32,000 nt of DNA from assembly GCF_000011805.1 (NCBI RefSeq), contig NC_006840.2; one strand, 5' to 3'. The DNA is from Aliivibrio fischeri ES114 (lineage in GTDB: Bacteria; Pseudomonadota; Gammaproteobacteria; Enterobacterales; Vibrionaceae). Under the pieces are notes generated by a model that saw only the letters and a program-made list of their open reading frames with translations, was not told the origin of the DNA and ran no database searches. Positions within the stretch are counted from its first letter, which is position 1. The number at the start of each line of letters is the position of its first letter. Both the position numbers and the translations under genes were made by a program. Positions 21,997 to 32,000 of the stretch are shown piece by piece.

Positions 21997-22938
21997 ATGG
22001 AATTAGAAGAAGTTTATCGTCGTGATTTAAATTTGTTAATTGCACTTAAAGTATTGTTAGAAGAAAACAGTGTTAGCCAAGCTGCGGTTCGACTTAATTT
22101 GAGTCAGTCGGCAATGAGCCGAGTATTAGGGCGGTTACGTGATTTATTAGGGGATCCGCTATTTACTCGACAGGGGCAGCATTTAGTTCCAACTCAAAAA
22201 GCGTTAGAGATTAATGAGCAGATAAACCTCCCATTAGAATCATTACGTCAATTGTTAACACCAAGCGACTTTACACCTATGCATTGTGATCAGCATTTTT
22301 TAATCGCAACCACCGATTATGCAATGCAAACAATCTTACCTTATGCATTACCAAAAATTTATGAACAAGCGCCAAATATCTCATTAGAGTTTGCACCTTT
22401 AAATCATGAAAACTTATTTAAGCAACTCAGTACTGAAAAAGTAGATATGGCAATTTGTCGTCCTATCGGCTCTGTATTACCACTTAAACAGGAAGTGTTA
22501 GGGCAGGTCGGTGTGTTGTGTTTACTCTCTAAAAATCATCCGTTATCTGGCTCAATACTGACCTTGGATGATTATCTGTCTTTGCCACATGCAATGATAG
22601 CAATTAGCGATGGAGTAAAAGCGTTAATTGATGCGGCTTTATCAGGACAAAGAGAAAGAAGACAAGTACTTAGGGCTTACCATTTAGAAGCAGCGTTAGC
22701 GATTGTCGATAAAATGCCATTGGTGATCACTGTACCCGCAGATTTGGCGTATTTAGTGGCTGAACGCTACGATTTAGTGATTAAACCATTACCTTTTGAA
22801 TTTACTCCGTTTGATTACTCACTGATTTGGCATTCGCGTTGTGATACATCACCAGCTCAAACCTGGCTACGACGAGTGGTTAAAGAAGAGTGCGGTAAGT
22901 TAATTGAAAAACGTATTGAAGATATTGGTTTTGCATAA
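21997..22938 (+). CDS. LysR-family transcriptional regulator (DLNLL-type, YidZ/LeuO/NodD-like N-terminus)
   Basis: 313 aa. The N-terminal wHTH RDLNLLIALKVLLEENSVSQAAVRLNLSQSAMSRVLGRLR is followed by a LysR substrate-binding-like C-terminus. Confidence 0.85.
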   Translation: MELEEVYRRDLNLLIALKVLLEENSVSQAAVRLNLSQSAMSRVLGRLRDLLGDPLFTRQGQHLVPTQKALEINEQINLPLESLRQLLTPSDFTPMHCDQHFLIATTDYAMQTILPYALPKIYEQAPNISLEFAPLNHENLFKQLSTEKVDMAICRPIGSVLPLKQEVLGQVGVLCLLSKNHPLSGSILTLDDYLSLPHAMIAISDGVKALIDAALSGQRERRQVLRAYHLEAALAIVDKMPLVITVPADLAYLVAERYDLVIKPLPFEFTPFDYSLIWHSRCDTSPAQTWLRRVVKEECGKLIEKRIEDIGFA

Positions 22939-23062
22939 CGTGTAGTACTCTGTATTTGATGTAATTAATAGAATTCATAATGAATAATGCTTCCCAGAGT
23001 CATTCGTTAGGTTCGATTTTCTTTGCTCTCTCGCATAACGTTATGGTTTTGAGGAGAGAGTT

Positions 23063-23509
23063 ATGGAACAACATCATCAATATTACCAACCAACAAGCGC
23101 ATTTATCATGGCATCATGGGGAGCGTTTGTTATTGGTTCTTCTGCTTATTTATTTGGTTTATGGAAATCCACCATGGAGCTGAATGAAAAGGGTTATTAC
23201 TTTTCTTTATTATTGCTCGGTTTGTTTGCCGCAATATCATTACAAAAAACCATTAGAGATAAACACGAAGGGATAAACGTCACTTCAATGTATATGATGA
23301 GTTGTCGTGTTGCTTTGATTTCAGCGTTGGTATTAATGGCGATTGGTTTAAGAAATGCGGAATTATTACTCAGTGAAAAGGGCTTTTTTGCAATGGCTTA
23401 TACACTCTCATTATTTTCAGTTGTGACGATTCAAAAAAACATTCGAGATGTTGCAGCTACTACAAGTGATGAAGGGTTGTCTGAAGTAAAAGATGAGTTA
23501 GTAGAGTAA
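23063..23509 (+). CDS. yiaA: YiaA/YiaB-family inner membrane protein
   Basis: 148 aa. LWKSTMELNEKGYYFSLLLLGLFAAISLQKTIRDK and the second repeat LLLSEKGFFAMAYTLSLFSVVTIQKNIRD match E. coli YiaA. Confidence 0.85.
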   Translation: MEQHHQYYQPTSAFIMASWGAFVIGSSAYLFGLWKSTMELNEKGYYFSLLLLGLFAAISLQKTIRDKHEGINVTSMYMMSCRVALISALVLMAIGLRNAELLLSEKGFFAMAYTLSLFSVVTIQKNIRDVAATTSDEGLSEVKDELVE

Positions 23510-23572
23510 TACTCATTATCCGTTCATTATGAGTTAAATAGATAATTACATTGATATAAAAAAAGGCAGCGA

Positions 23573-23594
23573 TAATGCTGCCTTGAATTACTGA
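23573..23594 (-). terminator. Hairpin terminator in the yiaA/acuI convergent gap (T-run on the minus strand)
   Basis: Stem aaggcagc/gctgcctt. The plus-strand A-run 23567-23574 gives a minus-strand T-run. Confidence 0.6.
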
Positions 23595-23602
23595 TGTTAT
23601 CT

Positions 23603-23630
23603 AAAACTAAGTTAGGTAGGACTTAGTTTT
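23603..23630. terminator. AT-rich 10-bp hairpin in the yiaA/acuI convergent gap
   Basis: aaaactaagt / acttagtttt with an 8-nt loop. Confidence 0.45.
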
Positions 23631-23655
23631 AAACCTTTTAGATTTTAATAACTAC

Positions 23656-24636
23656 TTAGATTTTAATTACAACGCGACCTGTGATTTGACCATTGGTAAT
23701 GTCTTCAGCAGCTTGGATTGCATCATCAAGAGACACTTCTTTTGTTGCTTGGTCAAAGAATGATGCTGGTAGTAGCTCAGCTAATTGTTCCCATGCTTTA
23801 ATGCGTTTTTCGCGAGGGCACATTACAGAGTCAATACCTTGTAGACGAACGTTGCGTAGAATGAATGGCATTACCGTTGTTGGTAAATCAAAACCACCAG
23901 CAAGACCACATGCCGCTACTGCGCCGTTGTAATCTACTTGTGCTAATACTTTTGCCAATACTTTGCTACCAACAGTATCGATAGCGCCAGCCCATAGCTG
24001 TTTTTCTAATGGTTTTGCTGGTTCTTCTAATTCGCTACGCTCAACAATACGAGTCGCACCTAGAGATTTTAGTAATTCGCCATTTTCAGAAGCTCGGCCT
24101 GTTACTGCTGCAACTTTATAACCCAATTGGTTTAGAAGTGTAATTGCAACACTGCCCACACCGCCGCTTGAACCCGTTACTAGGATTTCACCGTCTTCAG
24201 GTTTAATATCGGCATCAACAATGGCTTGTACACATAGCATTGCTGTGAAACCAGCTGTACCGATTGCCATTACTTTTTTAGCATCTAGGCCTTTTGGCAT
24301 AGGTACTAACCAGTCACCGTTTAGGCTTGCTTTCTCAGCCATACCACCCCAGTGACCTTCACCAACACCCCAACCAGTAAGAACAACTTCATCACCCGCT
24401 TTATAGCGAGGATCATCTGATTGAGAAACCACACCTGATAAGTCGATACCAGGAACCATTGGGAAGTTACGAACAATGCGTCCTTTACCAGTGATCGCTA
24501 AGCCGTCTTTGTAGTTAAGAGAAGAGTAGTTTACGTCGATTTTAACATTACCTTCAGGTAGTTGAGATTCATCGATCTCAGTAACTGCTGCAATTGTATT
24601 TCTATCTTCTTGATTTAGAACTAATGCTTTAAACAT
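23656..24636 (-). CDS. acuI: Acrylyl-CoA reductase / MDR-family quinone oxidoreductase (YhdH/AcuI)
   Basis: High similarity to E. coli YhdH throughout (SSLNYKDGLAITGKG, IGTAGFTAMLCV, VTGSSGGVGS, LPTTVMPFILRNVRLQGIDSV). The start is set at the ATG of MFKAL (GGAG 6 nt upstream) rather than the track's TTG at 24648. Confidence 0.9.
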   Translation of the reverse strand: MFKALVLNQEDRNTIAAVTEIDESQLPEGNVKIDVNYSSLNYKDGLAITGKGRIVRNFPMVPGIDLSGVVSQSDDPRYKAGDEVVLTGWGVGEGHWGGMAEKASLNGDWLVPMPKGLDAKKVMAIGTAGFTAMLCVQAIVDADIKPEDGEILVTGSSGGVGSVAITLLNQLGYKVAAVTGRASENGELLKSLGATRIVERSELEEPAKPLEKQLWAGAIDTVGSKVLAKVLAQVDYNGAVAACGLAGGFDLPTTVMPFILRNVRLQGIDSVMCPREKRIKAWEQLAELLPASFFDQATKEVSLDDAIQAAEDITNGQITGRVVIKI

Positions 24637-25217
24637 AACGAACTCCAATAAGGATAATAACGAACATCAAACGGTCTGTTTGACCAATGAGAGTAAGTGT
24701 AGGTGAGTTTTGAAAAGAAAAAAAATGATACTTAAACATGAGCTATATGCGTTTTATGCATAGATCACTAGTCTAGAAAATAAACAAAAAAATGAAAATA
24801 AGATCTTTACTTTTTTCTAGTTCGTGGTAATTTTGCGCCTTGCTCTAATGTATAGAGTTATTAATACAAGCAATAAGTACAAGTAAAACCCTCAGAAATA
24901 TCTTCAAAAAAGTATTATCTCCGTGTTTCATTTCACTTTTCCAATCATTAATAATTGAACATTTCAGCAGATCGTTAGCAACGAATAAGCCTAACTGGAT
25001 CTATTTATAATGTAATGTGACCGTGTGCAATCGAGGTTGTGAAAATGCGTCGGCTTTATACCTAACTAATGCTGTTAGGCTGCTTCCGTTACAAAGCAGA
25101 AAGATAAAGGACGTACAATCTCTCTAGTATAAATTACATAAGATAAATATCTCTTCTCAGGCTAAACGAAAGCATCACTTTGATGCATGTTTATACTTAA
25201 GTTAAGAAGGATATCTC

Positions 25218-25292
25218 ATGTCTAAATCAACAGGCAGAAAGCGTTTTTGGTTCCACCAATCTCGTGATACAAAAACTACATTCAAAAAGTAG
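25218..25292 (+). CDS. Candidate 24-aa basic small protein (MSKSTGRKRFWFHQSRDTKTTFKK)
   Basis: RBS aagaagga lies 7 nt before the ATG, and a strong hairpin terminator lies about 35 nt after the stop. No downstream same-strand gene. The ORF is short, so coding status is unproven. Confidence 0.35.
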   Translation: MSKSTGRKRFWFHQSRDTKTTFKK

Positions 25293-25324
25293 TCTGTTTA
25301 TAGCACTCAGCTATAGATAGAAAG

Positions 25325-25368
25325 AAAAAGTCGCTTCAATGTTCATAGAACAGAGAGCGACTTTTTTT
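25325..25368. terminator. Bidirectional terminator (fadA on minus strand; small ORF/transcript on plus strand)
   Basis: 11-bp stem aaaaagtcgct/agcgacttttt with an inner tgttc/gaaca helix. A/T runs flank both sides. Confidence 0.85.
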
Positions 25369-25395
25369 GTTTTTAACGTTTGAATTTACTTAGTA

Positions 25396-28750
<3,355 letters not shown>

Positions 28751-28801
28751 TTTCTATCTCCATGAAATAAAAACCAGAGAGGTGTATTCATTATTATATT
28801 A

Positions 28802-28818
28802 ATCTGGTTTGACCAGTT
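28802..28818. promoter_or_regulatory. FadR operator upstream of fadBA
   Basis: atctggtttgaccagtt versus the E. coli fadB operator ATCTGGTACGACCAGAT (14 of 17 identical, same CTGGT-N3-ACCAG palindrome). It lies 52 bp upstream of the fadB ATG. Confidence 0.7.
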
Positions 28819-28992
28819 AATATTGGTTCTTATTTAAACAGATTTCAAATTAAATTTAACAATTTGTTTACGTTTATCTTGTTTGATCACAAATTTGTTT
28901 GATGCAAACCGAGAATAAACATCAGCTTAAAAGAGTAAATTTCGACAGAAGTGATACACTTTAAGGTTCCGTTTTTGCTATCAGTGTAAGCT

Positions 28993-29610
28993 ATGAATGA
29001 CCAGCCATATCAAGTACCCAAGGCGATGGTGGTATTTGAAGAAGAGATAAAAAAAAGCATCTTTATAACGTATTTAGCTCGAACGTCTTCCGTTGATGAC
29101 GCGAAAGCATTTGTTGCTGAAATAAAAGCTAAGCATTCAGATGCTCGTCATAACTGCTGGGGGTTTGTTGCGGGTCGACCTGAAGATTCTATGAAATGGG
29201 GATTCAGTGATGACGGTGAGCCGTCTGGTACTGCAGGCAAACCAATATTAGCTCAGTTGAGTGGCAGCGGTATCGGTGAGATAACTGCGGTTGTTACGCG
29301 TTATTACGGTGGTGTGCGTTTAGGTACTGGCGGTTTAGTAAAAGCTTATGGCGGCGGAGTTCAACAAGCATTAAAACTGATAGAAACTGAAGAAAAAAGA
29401 ATTACTGATACGGTTATTTTGCACTGTGATTATAACTTAGTGAGTTTGGTCGAAACTTTGTTGAGTCAATTTGAAGGTATTCAAGTGGATGCACAATACA
29501 GTGATAAGGTAGTGATGAGCGTTGAGTTAGAAAAGCGCGTTATTGAAGAATTTAAGATTGCCATTATCAATAAGAGTGGCGCAAAAATTGAATTTCCTTC
29601 AGATACATGA
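28993..29610 (+). CDS. yigZ: IMPACT-family protein YigZ
   Basis: 205 aa. EEIKKSIFITYLA, GFSDDGEPSGTAGKPILAQL and VVTRYYGGVRLGTGGLVKAYGGGV match E. coli YigZ. Confidence 0.92.
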   Translation: MNDQPYQVPKAMVVFEEEIKKSIFITYLARTSSVDDAKAFVAEIKAKHSDARHNCWGFVAGRPEDSMKWGFSDDGEPSGTAGKPILAQLSGSGIGEITAVVTRYYGGVRLGTGGLVKAYGGGVQQALKLIETEEKRITDTVILHCDYNLVSLVETLLSQFEGIQVDAQYSDKVVMSVELEKRVIEEFKIAIINKSGAKIEFPSDT

Positions 29611-29666
29611 AATTCAAATACCATTAATTATTTAGGATATGAGTGACGTCAAGCGTCCAATAAACC

Positions 29667-31124
29667 ATGCAGTTTCGTTCAATTATTCGAATCGTGGGTA
29701 TTTTACTCGCGGTATTCAGTTTTTTTATGTTGGCTCCTGCCTTTATCGCGTTTATATATCGTGATGGTGCCGGTGTACCATTTGTTATTACCTTCTTTTT
29801 ATTATTAGCTGGTGGCGGGGCTCTTTGGTTTCCTAACCGCCAGCATAAACATGAATTAAAATCACGTGATGGCTTTTTAATTGTCGTTCTTTTTTGGATG
29901 GTAATCGGTAGTGCAGGAGCATTGCCATTTTTGTTTTCAGGCTCACCAGATATTTCGGTAACTAATGCCTTTTTTGAATCATTTTCAGGGTTAACGACAA
30001 CTGGTGCAACAGTACTAACTGGGTTAGATCATTTACCAAAAGCGATTTTATTCTATCGCCAACTGCTCCAATGGTTTGGTGGTATGGGGATCATTGTATT
30101 AGCTGTGGCTATCTTACCGGTTCTAGGAATTGGTGGTATGCAGCTGTATCGTGCTGAAATCCCTGGTCCAGTTAAAGATTCCAAAATGACGCCACGCATA
30201 GCGGAAACAGCAAAGGTGCTTTGGTATATCTACCTAACCTTAACTATTGCCTGCGCATTGGCATTCTGGGTTGCCGGAATGGGGTGGTTTGATGCTATTT
30301 CTCATAGTTTTTCAACCATAGCGATTGGTGGGTTTTCTACTTATGATGCCAGTATGGGGCACTTTAATAGCCCTGTGATTAACGCTATTACGGTCGTATT
30401 TTTATTGATATCGGCTTGTAACTTTTCACTTCACTTTGCTGCGTTTGCATCGGGTGGTGTTCATCCAAAATATTATTGGCGTGATCCTGAATTTAGAGCA
30501 TTTATTTTCATTCAAATTCTCTTATTCTTAATTACTTTTTTATTGTTGCTAAAGCACAATACATATAACTCGGTCGGAACCGCAATTGATCAGGCGTTAT
30601 TCCAAACCGTGTCAATTTCAACGACAGCAGGATTTACGACGACTAGCTTTGCTGAATGGCCACTGTTTTTACCTGTTTTATTACTGTTTTCTTCTTTTAT
30701 TGGTGGTTGTGCAGGCTCAACCGGTGGCGGTATGAAAGTGATTCGTATTTTATTACTGTCATTGCAAGGCATGCGTGAAATTAAGCGATTGATTCACCCA
30801 AGAGCGATTTATACGATTAAGATTGGAACTAAAGCACTACCTCAGCGTGTGGTTGATGCGGTATGGGGTTTCTTCTCTGCTTATGCCTTGGTGTTTGTTA
30901 TTTGTATGCTGGCATTAATTGCTACAGGGATTGATGAATTGACTGCTTTCTCTGCAGTTGCAGCAACATTGAATAATTTAGGACCAGGTTTGGGTGAAGT
31001 TGCGGTTCACTTTGGTGAAGTAAATGATGCCGCAAAATGGATACTGATTATCGCTATGCTGTTTGGACGTTTAGAGGTATTTACGCTTCTTATTTTGTTC
31101 ACACCGACGTTTTGGCGTAGCTAG
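29667..31124 (+). CDS. trkH: Trk-system potassium uptake protein TrkH
   Basis: 485 aa, polytopic. The N-terminal MQFRSIIRIVGILLAVFS and selectivity-type motifs TTTGAT and GGMGI match TrkH. Confidence 0.93.
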   Translation: MQFRSIIRIVGILLAVFSFFMLAPAFIAFIYRDGAGVPFVITFFLLLAGGGALWFPNRQHKHELKSRDGFLIVVLFWMVIGSAGALPFLFSGSPDISVTNAFFESFSGLTTTGATVLTGLDHLPKAILFYRQLLQWFGGMGIIVLAVAILPVLGIGGMQLYRAEIPGPVKDSKMTPRIAETAKVLWYIYLTLTIACALAFWVAGMGWFDAISHSFSTIAIGGFSTYDASMGHFNSPVINAITVVFLLISACNFSLHFAAFASGGVHPKYYWRDPEFRAFIFIQILLFLITFLLLLKHNTYNSVGTAIDQALFQTVSISTTAGFTTTSFAEWPLFLPVLLLFSSFIGGCAGSTGGGMKVIRILLLSLQGMREIKRLIHPRAIYTIKIGTKALPQRVVDAVWGFFSAYALVFVICMLALIATGIDELTAFSAVAATLNNLGPGLGEVAVHFGEVNDAAKWILIIAMLFGRLEVFTLLILFTPTFWRS

Positions 31125-31156
31125 TTTTTATAATTAAACAGATTAAAGGGTTTACT

Positions 31157-31681
31157 GTGGAAAGAGTATTACTTCTTCACTCAAGTCGTGAAGGTCAAAC
31201 GATTAAAATATTGAACTACATTGCGACAAAGTTAGGAAGTGATGTTCAGTGTGAATTAGTTGATTTACACCAACCGCTATCGGTTTCATTTTCTGATTAT
31301 GATCGTGTTGTTATTGGTGCTTCAATTCGTTATGGCCACTTAAATAAAAAGCTATATCAATTTATCACTAAGTACCAAACGGAATTAGAACAGGCTAAGG
31401 CTGGGTTCTTTATTGTTAACTTAACCGCTCGTAAAGAGGGGAAAGATACGCCTGAAACGAGTGTGTACTTTAAGAAGTTCTTACTTAAATCGCCTTGGGT
31501 TCCTGCGTTACAAGATACGTTTGCTGGTGCATTGTTTTATCCTCGCTATAACTGGTTTGATCGTGTCATGATTCAATTCATAATGAAAATGACAGGTGGT
31601 GAAACGGATCCAACTAAGGAAGTTGAATACACTAACTGGCAACGAGTTGATCAATTCGTAGAGAAGATTAAACGCGGTTAA
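31157..31681 (+). CDS. hemG: Menaquinone-dependent protoporphyrinogen IX dehydrogenase HemG
   Basis: 174 aa, GTG start. YDRVVIGASIRYGH and YPRYNWFDRVMIQFIMKMTGGETD match E. coli HemG. The trkH-hemG synteny is conserved. Confidence 0.92.
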   Translation: MERVLLLHSSREGQTIKILNYIATKLGSDVQCELVDLHQPLSVSFSDYDRVVIGASIRYGHLNKKLYQFITKYQTELEQAKAGFFIVNLTARKEGKDTPETSVYFKKFLLKSPWVPALQDTFAGALFYPRYNWFDRVMIQFIMKMTGGETDPTKEVEYTNWQRVDQFVEKIKRG

Positions 31682-31799
31682 GTTTTACCCATTTTGGATA
31701 AAATAGTGCGATATAAGTAGAATTTTTGTTTTAGATTCAAATTTTTAGCTTCAAAAGTATGGATTTTATTATTGAAGTGATTACAATAGCACGCACAAC

Positions 31800-31876
<77 letters not shown>

Positions 31877-31885
31877 TATTTAGAG

Positions 31886-31916
31886 AAGGCTCATATCGAA
31901 AGGTATGAGCCTTTTT
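31886..31916 (+). terminator. Rho-independent terminator after tRNA-Trp
   Basis: 10-bp stem aaggctcata/tatgagcctt with an 8-nt loop, followed by the T-run 31912-31916. Confidence 0.85.
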
Positions 31917-31936
31917 GCTGTCTGGGATTTGAGAAA

Positions 31937-32000
31937 AGAGCCACGGATTCCTCCGCCATAAGAACGCGCGTGTTGGGAGTTCGAATCTCTCCACCCCTGC
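31937..32000 (+). pseudogene. Disrupted partial tRNA-Trp copy, truncated by the window end
   Basis: 31967-32000 is identical to 31841-31874 (34 bp, variable loop to acceptor 3' strand). 31937-31951 matches the D/anticodon-stem segment in 13 of 15 positions. The 5-nt aaatc is replaced by 15 nt, so the CCA anticodon loop is destroyed and there is no 5' acceptor strand. Confidence 0.6.

Noticed and set aside
22980-23183. 67-aa ORF overlapping the yiaA start
   Set aside because: It is out of frame with and overlaps the well-supported YiaA homologue. It has no RBS or family resemblance.
24669-24683. acggtctgtttgacc as a second FadR box upstream of acuI
   Set aside because: It has GGTC-N5-GACC spacing rather than the CTGGT-N3-ACCAG geometry of FadR operators. 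It may bind something else, but I cannot support an assignment.
31759-31787. Promoter for tRNA-Trp (TACAAT at 31782-31787 with GC-rich discriminator agcacgcac)
   Set aside because: The -10 and discriminator are plausible, but no acceptable -35 hexamer lies at 16-18 bp (atggat or tggatt). This is not strong enough to list as a feature.
31937-32000. Second tRNA-Trp-like sequence as a functional tRNA or intron-containing tRNA
   Set aside because: No 5' acceptor strand (aggggtg) occurs upstream. No 5-bp anticodon stem with a 7-nt loop can be drawn around the 15-nt replacement. It is therefore treated as a fragment or pseudogene. The window ends inside it.

Overview
This 32-kb window is the origin-proximal core of a Vibrionaceae-type chromosome 1. 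It is AT-rich and the gene order matches V. cholerae VC0002-VC0021, so an Aliivibrio, Vibrio or Photobacterium-like source is likely; I cannot run a search to confirm this. The order is oriC, then mioC-mnmE-yidC-yidD-rnpA-rpmH on the minus strand, a three-gene polar amino-acid ABC transporter, and dnaA-dnaN-recF-gyrB. These are followed by ibpA, avtA, glyQS, a GH13-like lipoprotein, tusA flanked by two small membrane-protein genes, a LysR regulator, yiaA and acuI/yhdH. After a 750-bp gene-poor gap come fadBA, yigZ, trkH, hemG and tRNA-Trp. Product calls rest on by-eye comparison with remembered E. coli and V. cholerae orthologues, plus start, RBS and terminator context.

I see no CRISPR array, transposase, integrase, phage gene or defence-type multi-gene cluster, and I do not claim a novel multi-gene system here. 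The observations worth a second look are:
- a GH13 (alpha-amylase fold) lipoprotein in which all four catalytic-site motifs appear substituted;
- the acuI-fadA gap, with a candidate 24-aa basic ORF whose Shine-Dalgarno can pair with an upstream anti-SD, and a 28-aa hydrophobic ORF on the other strand;
- an intact tRNA-Trp followed about 90 bp later by a disrupted copy with an identical 34-bp 3' end, cut by the window edge;
- an ERIC-like 82-nt imperfect palindrome downstream of gyrB;
- a sigma-32 promoter plus ROSE-like RNA thermometer upstream of ibpA.
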